Below are positions 1 through 7,041 of a stretch of DNA of 7,041 bases, one piece after another; position 1 is the stretch's first letter; each line of letters starts with the position of its first letter. Where the stretch lies: the IMG/VR virus record IMGVR_UViG_2534682175_000009; one strand, written 5' to 3'. A program made the translations under genes and the position numbers. Source of the stretch: a virus (lineage: Duplodnaviria > Heunggongvirae > Uroviricota > Caudoviricetes). Below the pieces are notes generated by a model. That model did no database searches. It saw only the letters and a program-made list of their open reading frames with translations, and was not told the origin of the DNA.

Positions 1-1
1 G

Positions 2-1627
2 ACCGCAGAAGTCACCGCAGACAGCGGGGAATACCAGGTGCTGGCGCGCTGGGACACGCCGAAGGTGGTGAAGGGCGTGAGCTTCCTGCTTCGCCTGACC
101 GTGGCAGCGGATGACGGCCGTGAGCGGCTGGTCAGCACGGCCCGGACGACGGAAACCACTTACCGCTTCACACAACTGGCTCTGGGGAACTACAGGCTGA
201 CAGTCCGAGCAGTAAATGCGTGGGGGCAGCAGGGCGATCCGGCGTCGGTATCGTTCCGGATTGCCGCACCGGCAGCGCCGTCGCGGATTGAGCTGACGCC
301 GGGCTATTTTCAGATAACCGCCACGCCGCATCTTGCGGTTTATGACCCGACGGTACAGTTTGAGTTCTGGTTCTCGGAAAAACGGATTGCGGATATCAGG
401 CAGGTTGAAACCAGCGCGCGTTATCTTGGTACGGCACTGTACTGGATAGCCGCCAGTATCAATATCAAACCGGGCCATGATTATTATTTTTACGTTCGCA
501 GTGTGAACACCGTTGGCAAATCGGCATTCGTGGAGGCTGTCGGTCAGCCGAGTGATGATGCATCAGGCTATCTGGATTTTTTCAAAGGCGAGATAGGGAA
601 AACCCATCTGGCTCAGGAGCTGTGGACGCAGATTGATAACGGTCAGCTTGCGCCTGACCTGACTGAAATCAGGACGTCCATAACGGATGTCAGCAATGAA
701 ATAACACAGACCGTCAATAAGAAACTGGAAGACCAGAGTGCAGCGATCCAGCAGATACAGAAGGTTCAGGTTGATACAAATAATAACCTGAACAGCATGT
801 GGGCAGTGAAGCTGCAGCAGATGCAGGACGGACGCCTTTATATTGCGGGTATCGGTGCCGGTATTGAGAACACCCCTGACGGCATGCAGAGTCAGGTGCT
901 GCTGGCAGCAGACAGGATTGCGATGATTAATCCTGCGAATGGCAACACAAAGCCGATGTTTGTTGGTCAGGGCGATCAGATATTCATGAATGAAGTGTTC
1001 CTGAAACGCCTGACGGCCCCCACCATTACCAGCGGCGGTAATCCTCCGGCATTTTCCCTGACATCAGACGGGAGACTGACGGCGAAAAATGCGGATATCA
1101 GTGGCAGTGTGAATGCGAACTCAGGAACGCTCAACAATGTCACGATTAACCAGAACTGTACGATTAAGGGCATGCTGGAGGCGACCCAGGTCAGAGGAGA
1201 TTTCGTTAAAGCTGTATCAAAAGCCTTCCCGAAAAAAGTCGGTACGTGGGGTAACACGGAAACACCAAACGGTACGGTTACAGTCACCATCAGCGATGAT
1301 CATAACTTTGACCGCCAGATTATTATTCCGCCCATTATTTTTAACGGTATAGCGTATGACGATCCGGGGAGCGGAAATAACCCAGGAGGCACGCGATACA
1401 CGGGTTATGGTTTTGAAGTTCGCAAAAACGGCGTATTAATCGCATCCAGAGAAACTAAAGGGGCCATTCCCGGTAGTTACAGTGCGGTTATTGATATGCC
1501 GAGTGGCAGGGGAAGCGTCACTCTGGAGTTTAAGATTTTCCAGAAAGGCAATCAGGGGGCAGGCAATATCACCGACTGTACGGTGATTGTGACCAAAAAA
1601 GCTGCTTCCGGCATCAGTATTCGTTGA
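2..1627 (+). CDS. J: Central tail fibre / tip attachment protein J, C-terminal part (5'-truncated by window start)
   Basis: Frame is open from base 2 ([12 protein letters not shown]... precedes the GTG the ORF track uses at 38), so this is the interior of a longer gene. The translation matches my recollection of lambda gpJ, including a fibronectin-III-like stretch ([22 protein letters not shown]) and the [18 protein letters not shown] region. Ends at TGA 1625-1627. Gene order J-lom-stf-tfa is the lambda arrangement. Confidence 0.88.
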   Translation, partial: TAEVTADSGEYQVLARWDTPKVVKGVSFLLRLTVAADDGRERLVSTARTTETTYRFTQLALGNYRLTVRAVNAWGQQGDPASVSFRIAAPAAPSRIELTPGYFQITATPHLAVYDPTVQFEFWFSEKRIADIRQVETSARYLGTALYWIAASINIKPGHDYYFYVRSVNTVGKSAFVEAVGQPSDDASGYLDFFKGEIGKTHLAQELWTQIDNGQLAPDLTEIRTSITDVSNEITQTVNKKLEDQSAAIQQIQKVQVDTNNNLNSMWAVKLQQMQDGRLYIAGIGAGIENTPDGMQSQVLLAADRIAMINPANGNTKPMFVGQGDQIFMNEVFLKRLTAPTITSGGNPPAFSLTSDGRLTAKNADISGSVNANSGTLNNVTINQNCTIKGMLEATQVRGDFVKAVSKAFPKKVGTWGNTETPNGTVTVTISDDHNFDRQIIIPPIIFNGIAYDDPGSGNNPGGTRYTGYGFEVRKNGVLIASRETKGAIPGSYSAVIDMPSGRGSVTLEFKIFQKGNQGAGNITDCTVIVTKKAASGISIR

Positions 1628-1647
1628 AATTGTTATAACCCATATAA

Positions 1648-1672
1648 GGGCACCAGAAATGGTGCCTTTTTT
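1648..1672 (+). terminator. Rho-independent terminator downstream of J
   Basis: Perfect 6-bp GC-rich stem GGCACC (1649-1654) / GGTGCC (1661-1666) with a 6-nt loop AGAAAT, immediately followed by TTTTTT (1667-1672). Located about 20 nt after the J stop. Confidence 0.7.
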
Positions 1673-1696
1673 ATTGCAGAAAAGCGAGAGGTAATT

Positions 1697-2296
1697 ATGC
1701 GTAAACTTTATGCCGCCATTTTGTCCGCAGCCATTTGTCTGGCTGTATCCGGTGCGCCTGCATGGGCGTCTGAACATCAGTCCACGCTGAGCGCGGGGTA
1801 TCTTCATGCCCGGACCAACGTTCCCGGCAGCGACGATCTGAACGGGATTAACGTGAAATACCGTTATGAGTTTACGGACACACTGGGGATGGTGACGTCA
1901 TTCAGCTATGCAGGAGACAAGAATCGCCAGATTACCCGTTACAGCGATACCCGCTGGCATGAAGATTCAGTGCGTAACCGCTGGTTCAGCGTGATGGCGG
2001 GGCCATCTGTACGCGTGAATGAATGGTTCAGTGCTTATGCGGTAGCGGGTGTGGCTTACAGCCGTGTGTCGACTTTCTCCGGGGATTATCTTCGCGTAAC
2101 TGACAACAAGGGGAAAACGCACGATGTACTGACCGGAAGTGATGACGGTCGCCACAGCAACACGTCTCTGGCGTGGGGAGCTGGCGTGCAGTTTAACCCG
2201 ACCGAATCCGTGGCCATTGATATTGCTTATGAAGGCTCCGGCAGTGGCGACTGGCGCACTGACGGTTTCATCGTGGGTGTCGGTTATAAGTTCTGA
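1697..2296 (+). CDS. lom: Lom outer-membrane beta-barrel protein (Ail/Lom/PagC/Rck/OmpX family)
   Basis: ATG at 1697 preceded by a GAGAGG Shine-Dalgarno (1686-1691). N-terminal signal peptide ([24 protein letters not shown]|SE) and a C-terminal aromatic residue (..GVGYKF) typical of outer-membrane barrels. The translation matches my recollection of lambda Lom. Stop TGA 2294-2296. Confidence 0.92.
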   Translation: MRKLYAAILSAAICLAVSGAPAWASEHQSTLSAGYLHARTNVPGSDDLNGINVKYRYEFTDTLGMVTSFSYAGDKNRQITRYSDTRWHEDSVRNRWFSVMAGPSVRVNEWFSAYAVAGVAYSRVSTFSGDYLRVTDNKGKTHDVLTGSDDGRHSNTSLAWGAGVQFNPTESVAIDIAYEGSGSGDWRTDGFIVGVGYKF

Positions 2297-2322
2297 TTAG
2301 CCAGGTAACACAGTGTTATGAC

Positions 2323-2349
2323 AGCCCGCCGGTTCAGGCGGGCTTTTTT
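2323..2349 (+). terminator. Rho-independent terminator downstream of lom
   Basis: 7-bp GC-rich stem GCCCGCC (2324-2330) / GGCGGGC (2337-2343) with loop GGTTCA, followed by TTTTTT (2344-2349). Confidence 0.75.
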
Positions 2350-2360
2350 GTGGGGTGAAT

Positions 2361-5300
2361 ATGGCAGTAAAGATTTCAGGTGTACTGAAAGACGGCACAG
2401 GAAAACCAGTACAGAACTGCACAATCCAGCTGAAAGCAAAACGTAACAGCACCACGGTGGTGGTGAACACGCTGGCCTCAGAAAATCCGGATGAAGCCGG
2501 GCGTTACAGCATGGACGTTGAGTACGGTCAGTACAGCGTTATTCTGTTGGTGGAAGGATTCCCGCCGTCACATGCCGGGACCATCACCGTGTATGAAGAT
2601 TCTCAACCCGGTACGCTGAATGATTTTCTCGGTGCCATGACGGAGGATGATGCCCGTCCGGAGGCACTGCGCCGTTTTGAACTGATGGTGGAAGAGGTGG
2701 CGCGTAACGCGTCCGTAGTGGCACAGAACACGGCAGCCGCGAAGAAGTCAGCCGGCGATGCCAGCACATCTGCCCGTGAGGCGGCAACCCATGCGACTGA
2801 TGCTGCAGATTCAGCACGTGCAGCCAGCACGTCAGCCGGACAGGCCGCTTCGTCGGCTCAGTCAGCGTCTTCCAGCGCAGGAACGGCATCAACAAAGGCC
2901 ACTGAAGCCTCAAAAAGTGCTGCCGCTGCAGAGTCCTCAAAAAGCGTGGCAGCTACCAGTGCCGGTGCCGCGAAAACGTCAGAAACGAATGCTGCAGCGT
3001 CACAACAATCAGCAGCCACTTCTGCATCCACCGCGACTACGAAAGCGTCAGAAGCTGCCACCTCAGCCCGGGATGCGTCGGCTTCAAAAGAGGCGGCAAA
3101 ATCATCAGAAACGAACGCATCCTCGAGCGCCAGTAGCGCAGCTTCCTCGGCAACGGCGGCAGCAAATTCCGCGAAGGCGGCAAAAACGTCCGAGACGAAC
3201 GCCAGGTCTTCTGAGACGGCAGCGGGACAGAGCGCCTCAGCTGCGGCAGGCTCAAAAACAGCGGCTGCGTCGTCTGCCAGTGCCGCGTCAACAAGTGCCG
3301 GGCAGGCCTCAGCCAGTGCCACCGCCGCCGGAAAATCGGCAGAAAGCGCCGCATCATCCGCTTCAACAGCCACAACGAAGGCTGGCGAAGCCACTGAGCA
3401 GGCCACGGCAGCAGCGAGGTCAGCTTCCGCAGCGAAGACATCCGAAACGAACGCGAAAGCGTCGGAAACCAGCGCAGAATCCTCAAAAACGGCAGCGGCA
3501 TCGTCCGCCAGTTCGGCGGCGTCATCGGCCTCATCGGCGTCTGCTTCAAAAGATGAGGCGACCAGACAAGCGTCAGCAGCGAAGGGCAGCGCCACGACGG
3601 CATCCACGAAGGCAACAGAGGCTGCTGGCAGTGCGACGGCGGCAGCACAGAGCAAGAGTACGGCAGAATCCGCAGCAACGCGCGCCGAGACAGCAGCAAA
3701 ACGGGCAGAGGATATTGCATCCGCTGTGGCGCTTGAGGATGCGAGCACGACGAAAAAGGGGATAGTACAGCTCAGTAGTGCGACTAACAGCACTTCCGAG
3801 TCACTGGCGGCAACACCAAAAGCCGTTAAGGCCGCGTATGACCTGGCTAACGGGAAATACACCGCACAGGATGCAACGACAGCACAGAAAGGGATAATCC
3901 AGCTAAGCAGCGCGACCAACAGCACGTCTGAAACGCTGGCGGCAACGCCAAAGGCAGTAAAAGCAGCCAATGACAATGCTGAGAAACGTCTGCAGAAAGA
4001 TCAGAACGGTGCGGATATCCCTGGCAAAGACACCTTTACGAAAAATATTGGTGCCTGCCGTGCCTTTGGTGGGTCAGTAAGCACAACAACAGGAAACTGG
4101 ACGACTGCACAGTTTATCGAGTGGCTGGATTCTCAGGGAGCATTTAACCATCCCTACTGGATGTGCAAGGGTTCCTGGTCTTATGGCAATAATAAAATCA
4201 TTACTGATACTGACTGCGGTAATATTCATCTCGCCGGAGCTGTCATTGAAGTAATGGGGATAAAGTCAGCGATGACGATCCGCATTACCACTCCGACCAC
4301 CTCCACTGGTGGTGGAACAACTAACGCCCAGTTTACCTATATTAATCACGGAACAGATTATTCACCTGGCTGGCGAAGGGACTATAACTCCAGAAATAAG
4401 CCAACGGCATCAGAGATCGGGGCGTTACCGTCAGGTGGAACAGCAGTATCATCAGTTAATCTGTCTTCAAAAGGTCGGGTAACCGCGCTGACAGACAATA
4501 CGCAGGGGGCAACAGGTCTTGAGTTATACGAGGTGTATAACAACGGATATCCAACAGCGTATGGAAATATCATTCACCTGAAAGGGATGACAGCCGTTGG
4601 CGAAGGTGAGTTACTCATCGGCTGGAGTGGTACAAGCGGTGCTCATGCTCCGGCATTTATTCGTTCACGACGGGATACGACCGACGCAAACTGGTCGCCG
4701 TGGGCGCAGCTTTACACCTCGGCTCATCCTCCTGCAGAGTTTTATCCAGTCGGTGCACCAATCCCGTGGCCATCAGATAACGTTCCGTCTGGTTATGCCC
4801 TGATGCAGGGGCAGACTTTTGACAAATCTGCATACCCGAAACTTGCAGCCGCTTATCCGTCAGGCGTGATCCCTGATATGCGTAGCTGGACGATTAAGGG
4901 CAAGCCTGCCAGTGGTCGGGCCGTATTGTCTCAGGAACAGGACGGCATTAAATCGCACACCCACAGCGCCAGCGTATCCAGTACGGATTTGGGGACGAAA
5001 ACCACATCGTCGTTTGATTACGGCACTAAATCCACGAATAACACCGGGGCGCATACGCACAGTGTGAGCGGTACAGCCGCAAGTGCCGGAAACCATACTC
5101 ATAGTGTCACAGGCGCATCAGCAGTCAGCCAGTGGTCACAAAATGGGTCAGTACATAAGGTTGTGTCTGCGGCCAGTGTGAATACAAGTGCTGCAGGAGC
5201 GCACACTCATAGTGTCAGCGGCACAGCTGCATCTGCAGGTGCTCACGCACATACTGTCGGTATTGGTGCTCATACGCACTCTGTTTCGATTGGCTCACAT

Positions 5301-5387
5301 GGACACACCATCACCGTTAACGCTGCGGGTAACGCGGAAAACACCGTCAAAAACATCGCATTTAACTACATTGTGAGGCTTGCATAA
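2361..5387 (+). CDS. stf: Side tail fibre protein Stf, intact full-length, mosaic
   Basis: The ORF track opens at GTG 2355, but the ATG at 2361 gives [26 protein letters not shown]..., the lambda Stf N-terminus as I recall it, and GGGGTG upstream serves as ribosome-binding site. The C-terminus (...[37 protein letters not shown]...[31 protein letters not shown]) also matches my recollection of lambda Stf. The middle part differs. Stop TAA 5385-5387. Confidence 0.92.
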   Translation: MAVKISGVLKDGTGKPVQNCTIQLKAKRNSTTVVVNTLASENPDEAGRYSMDVEYGQYSVILLVEGFPPSHAGTITVYEDSQPGTLNDFLGAMTEDDARPEALRRFELMVEEVARNASVVAQNTAAAKKSAGDASTSAREAATHATDAADSARAASTSAGQAASSAQSASSSAGTASTKATEASKSAAAAESSKSVAATSAGAAKTSETNAAASQQSAATSASTATTKASEAATSARDASASKEAAKSSETNASSSASSAASSATAAANSAKAAKTSETNARSSETAAGQSASAAAGSKTAAASSASAASTSAGQASASATAAGKSAESAASSASTATTKAGEATEQATAAARSASAAKTSETNAKASETSAESSKTAAASSASSAASSASSASASKDEATRQASAAKGSATTASTKATEAAGSATAAAQSKSTAESAATRAETAAKRAEDIASAVALEDASTTKKGIVQLSSATNSTSESLAATPKAVKAAYDLANGKYTAQDATTAQKGIIQLSSATNSTSETLAATPKAVKAANDNAEKRLQKDQNGADIPGKDTFTKNIGACRAFGGSVSTTTGNWTTAQFIEWLDSQGAFNHPYWMCKGSWSYGNNKIITDTDCGNIHLAGAVIEVMGIKSAMTIRITTPTTSTGGGTTNAQFTYINHGTDYSPGWRRDYNSRNKPTASEIGALPSGGTAVSSVNLSSKGRVTALTDNTQGATGLELYEVYNNGYPTAYGNIIHLKGMTAVGEGELLIGWSGTSGAHAPAFIRSRRDTTDANWSPWAQLYTSAHPPAEFYPVGAPIPWPSDNVPSGYALMQGQTFDKSAYPKLAAAYPSGVIPDMRSWTIKGKPASGRAVLSQEQDGIKSHTHSASVSSTDLGTKTTSSFDYGTKSTNNTGAHTHSVSGTAASAGNHTHSVTGASAVSQWSQNGSVHKVVSAASVNTSAAGAHTHSVSGTAASAGAHAHTVGIGAHTHSVSIGSHGHTITVNAAGNAENTVKNIAFNYIVRLA
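2740..3740 (+). repeat. Ala/Ser/Thr-rich degenerate repeat region encoding the Stf shaft
   Basis: About 330 codons made almost entirely of A/S/T/K/E/G with recurring motifs: AAKTSETNA three times (about nt 2967, 3176, 3430) plus [11 protein letters not shown], and TSAGQAS/SAAS blocks. The low complexity leaves two other frames stop-free here, one sense and one antisense. Confidence 0.8.
3756..3833 (+). repeat. Conserved tail-fibre linker motif, copy 1 ([26 protein letters not shown])
   Basis: Read directly from the stf translation. This motif is, to my knowledge, a conserved block shared among otherwise unrelated phage tail fibre genes. Confidence 0.75.
3888..3965 (+). repeat. Conserved tail-fibre linker motif, copy 2 ([26 protein letters not shown])
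   Basis: Second copy 44 codons downstream of the first. The protein is nearly identical (one conservative I/V change and one S/T change), but the DNA differs at many third-codon positions (e.g. GTACAGCTCAGTAGTGCGACT vs ATCCAGCTAAGCAGCGCGACC). Confidence 0.75.
4950..5310 (+). repeat. His-x-His repeat array in the Stf C-terminal tip
   Basis: Recurring HxH motifs in Gly/Ser/Ala/Thr context: [73 protein letters not shown]. The sub-repeats are imperfect at the DNA level. Confidence 0.8.
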
Positions 5388-5971
5388 TGGCATTCAGAAT
5401 GAGTGAACAACCACGGACCATAAAAATTTATAATCTGCTGGCCGGAACTAATGAATTTATTGGTGAAGGTGATGCATATATTCCGCCTCATACAGGTCTG
5501 CCAGCAAACAGTACCGATATTGCACCGCCAGATATTCCGGCAGGCTTCGTGGCTGTTTTCAACAGTGATGAGGCATCGTGGCATCTCGTTGAAGACCATC
5601 GGGGTAAAACGGTTTATGACGTAGCGTCAGGGGACGCGTTATTTATTTCTGAACTCGGTCCGTTACCGGAAAATGTTACCTGGTTATCGCCGGAAGGGGA
5701 GTTTCAGAAGTGGAACGGCACAGCCTGGGTGAAAGATGCAGAAGCAGAAAAACTGTTCCGGATCCGGGAGGCGGAAGAAACAAAAAACAGCCTGATGCAG
5801 GTAGCCAGTGAGCATATAGCGCCACTTCAGGATGCTGTAGATCTGGAGATCGCAACGGAGGAAGAAACCTCATTGCTGGAAGCCTGGAAAAAATATCGGG
5901 TGTTGCTGAACCGTGTTAATACAACAACTGCACCGGATATTGAATGGCCAACAGTACCCATTATCGAATAG
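5387..5971 (+). CDS. tfa: Tail fibre assembly protein (chaperone) Tfa
   Basis: 194 codons. ATG 5387-5389 overlaps the stf TAA by one base (TAATG), and the GAGG 8-11 nt upstream can act as Shine-Dalgarno. The translation ([78 protein letters not shown]...) matches my recollection of lambda Tfa. Stop TAG 5969-5971. Confidence 0.92.
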   Translation: MAFRMSEQPRTIKIYNLLAGTNEFIGEGDAYIPPHTGLPANSTDIAPPDIPAGFVAVFNSDEASWHLVEDHRGKTVYDVASGDALFISELGPLPENVTWLSPEGEFQKWNGTAWVKDAEAEKLFRIREAEETKNSLMQVASEHIAPLQDAVDLEIATEEETSLLEAWKKYRVLLNRVNTTTAPDIEWPTVPIIE

Positions 5972-5982
5972 TGCATTACGAA

Positions 5983-6015
5983 CTGCAGGATATTATATGG
6001 GATAATATTCTGCAG
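5983..6015. repeat. Inverted repeat between convergent genes; candidate terminator for the late tail transcript
   Basis: CTGCAGGATATTAT (5983-5996) and ATAATATTCTGCAG (6002-6015) pair at 13 of 14 positions around a 5-nt spacer ATGGG. On the + strand it is followed by TTTATT. On the - strand the following sequence is not T-rich, so it is a weaker terminator for the cargo gene. It sits exactly at the G+C composition break. Confidence 0.4.
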
Positions 6016-6044
6016 TTTATTGGGGCTGTATTTTAAAAAGGTGT

Positions 6045-7041
6045 TTATTTTGAGTGAATTATCACCTTGTTTTTTCCGGTTCTTTTGGCTTGATATAACG
6101 CTTTATCGGCATTGACTAACATTTCAGATGGGCTGAGATTATTCTCTTTTGAAGTAAAGCAACCAATACTGACAGTTATTTTCTCAGGTCCATGCGATAA
6201 TAATTTTTCCGAGCATTGCTCTTCAATGTTTTTTCTGATTCGCTCTGCAATTGATAGCAAGAGCTTTTGAGTATTACCTTTAATGATAATACCGAACTCC
6301 TCACCGCCTAAGCGCCCTAATATATCCTCTTTCCTGATGGATTTTTTTATTATTCTGGTAACCATTACTATGACTTGATCACCCATATGATGCCCCCATT
6401 TGTCATTGATGCTTTTGAAACTGTCAATATCTAACATTATTACTGAGAAATCATGGTGTTTTGATATATTCTTCAATGAGTCAATAAAGTATCTTCTATT
6501 GTATGTATTCGTTAGTGGATCATGAATTGCCATATGATTAGCATGATTTAATTTCCTGAAAATATAATACATGAGTGTTGAAATGATATAAATCATTGAT
6601 ATCAATTCAAGAAATTTTGTCATGTACCATGCAGGATGGGATTTATCAATAAAATACAATAAAATTAGATTATTGCATACTGACACTATACTAATAAGTA
6701 TTATACACAACCATATTTTTGAGTAATTACGTATGCTGATGCATGAGCTGATAAGTAATACAAGCCAAAATACTGATATTATTTTGGTGTACACGATATT
6801 CCACGTCGGCAAATGACGATTCAGCGAGTATTGTATAATATTAAGACTATATTTTATATTGTCACTGCTTAGATTTTTTGCTACAAACGGAGTAATAAAA
6901 AGAATTAATATTGACAAAACAACAATTATTATGTTTCTTTTATCTTCTAAAACACTTTTATTTTTAACATTGGTGGAATAAACAGCCAGAAAGATTATAG
7001 ATATAAAGCTGAACTGACGGAATAGATAATATATTGCGATA
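6045..7041 (-). CDS. Multi-pass membrane protein with C-terminal GGDEF domain (predicted diguanylate cyclase); N-terminus beyond window
   Basis: The - strand translation has hallmark GGDEF-domain motifs: DIDSFKSINDKWGHHMGD (metal/substrate-binding region), the active-site motif RLGGEEFGI (nt 6294-6308), and an RxxD inhibitory-site motif (RKED) exactly five residues upstream of GGEEF. Preceding it are at least three hydrophobic helices (IISVFWLVLLISSCISI, IWLCIILISIVSV, FLELISMIYIISTLMYYIF). The ORF track starts at TTG 6917, but the same frame has no stop up to base 7041 and encodes more hydrophobic sequence (...FSFISIIFLAVYS...), so the gene probably starts outside the window. Stop TAA on the - strand at 6045-6047. 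Strongly AT-rich, unlike the tail genes. Confidence 0.85.
   Translation of the reverse strand, partial: IAIYYLFRQFSFISIIFLAVYSTNVKNKSVLEDKRNIIIVVLSILILFITPFVAKNLSSDNIKYSLNIIQYSLNRHLPTWNIVYTKIISVFWLVLLISSCISIRNYSKIWLCIILISIVSVCNNLILLYFIDKSHPAWYMTKFLELISMIYIISTLMYYIFRKLNHANHMAIHDPLTNTYNRRYFIDSLKNISKHHDFSVIMLDIDSFKSINDKWGHHMGDQVIVMVTRIIKKSIRKEDILGRLGGEEFGIIIKGNTQKLLLSIAERIRKNIEEQCSEKLLSHGPEKITVSIGCFTSKENNLSPSEMLVNADKALYQAKRTGKNKVIIHSK

Noticed and set aside
976-1352. Two short ORFs (976..1290 on -, 1113..1352 on +) inside J
   Set aside because: Both are embedded in the well-supported J frame, with no independent signals; typical spurious ORFs in a GC-balanced gene.
1630-1648. Possible sigma-70 promoter for lom (TTGTTA at 1630-1635 with TATAAG at 1643-1648)
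   Set aside because: The two hexamers are only about 7 bp apart, far from the 16-18 bp needed, and the TATAAG overlaps the J terminator stem. A lom promoter may exist but this hexamer pair does not support it.
1436-1807. 123-codon - strand ORF spanning the J end, the J terminator and the lom start
   Set aside because: It crosses an intrinsic terminator and overlaps two strongly supported + strand genes; there is no coding evidence.
3037-3720. 227-codon - strand ORF
   Set aside because: A second antisense artefact of the stf repeat region, for the same reason.
2758-3765. 335-codon + strand ORF in an alternative frame, extremely Arg/Pro/Gln-rich
   Set aside because: Out-of-frame read of the same low-complexity stf region; the composition is not protein-like and stf homology fixes the true frame.
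2858-3976. 372-codon antisense ORF (- strand) of Ala/Val/Asp/Ser-rich low-complexity sequence
   Set aside because: It lies wholly inside the stf repeat shaft. The GC-rich, stop-free repetitive codons of stf keep the opposite strand open by chance. It has no ribosome-binding site or recognisable domain, and stf at this locus is strongly supported.
2740-5310. Diversity-generating retroelement targeting the fibre gene
   Set aside because: The internal stf repeats are in-frame protein repeats, not a template/variable repeat pair with adenine-specific differences, and no reverse transcriptase gene is in the window.
4382-5376. Several 60-80-codon ORFs on both strands within the stf distal region (4382..4573, 4597..4803, 4860..5102, 5188..5376)
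   Set aside because: All lie inside stf in other frames or antisense, with no start signals or recognisable motifs.
5366-5873. Short - strand ORFs (5366..5599, 5676..5873) antisense to tfa
   Set aside because: Embedded antisense to tfa, which is well supported; no independent evidence.
5387-6045. Invertible host-range segment (Gin/Cin/Pin type), as in Mu, P1 and e14
   Set aside because: There is no invertase gene, no alternative fibre C-terminus or tfa in opposite orientation, and the 5983-6015 repeat does not resemble gix/cix-type crossover sites as I recall them. The - strand gene downstream is a GGDEF protein, not a fibre gene.
6915-6917. TTG at 6917 as the true start of the GGDEF gene
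   Set aside because: The frame stays open upstream to the window edge with more membrane-helix-like codons, and there is no convincing ribosome-binding site before the TTG. It is the caller's first available start codon, not a supported start.
1-7041. CRISPR arrays, tRNA or rRNA genes, transposase or IS elements
   Set aside because: No regularly spaced direct repeats, no tRNA-like cloverleaf candidates, and no transposase-like ORF or terminal inverted repeats were seen.

Overview
This 7,041-bp window is the distal end of the late (tail) operon of a lambda-like phage or prophage, followed by a compositionally foreign cargo gene. On the + strand it holds the last ~541 codons of the central tail fibre protein J (5' end outside the window), the outer-membrane moron lom bracketed by two intrinsic terminators, an intact and long side tail fibre gene stf (1,008 codons from the ATG), and the tail fibre assembly gene tfa, which overlaps stf by one base (TAATG). 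stf looks mosaic: a lambda-like N-terminus, an Ala/Ser/Thr-rich repeat shaft, a duplicated conserved linker motif, a distal domain I do not recognise as lambda-like, and a His-x-His-rich C-terminal tip. After a 73-bp gap containing an inverted repeat, the DNA becomes abruptly AT-rich and carries a convergent (- strand) gene for a multi-pass membrane protein with a C-terminal GGDEF diguanylate cyclase domain (GGEEF active site and RxxD inhibitory site both present). Its frame is open to the window edge, so its true start and promoter lie outside. This phage-borne c-di-GMP synthase, sitting where lambda has its non-essential b region, is the most interesting element. All homology statements rest on reading the ORF translations and on recall of the lambda proteins; no database search was possible.
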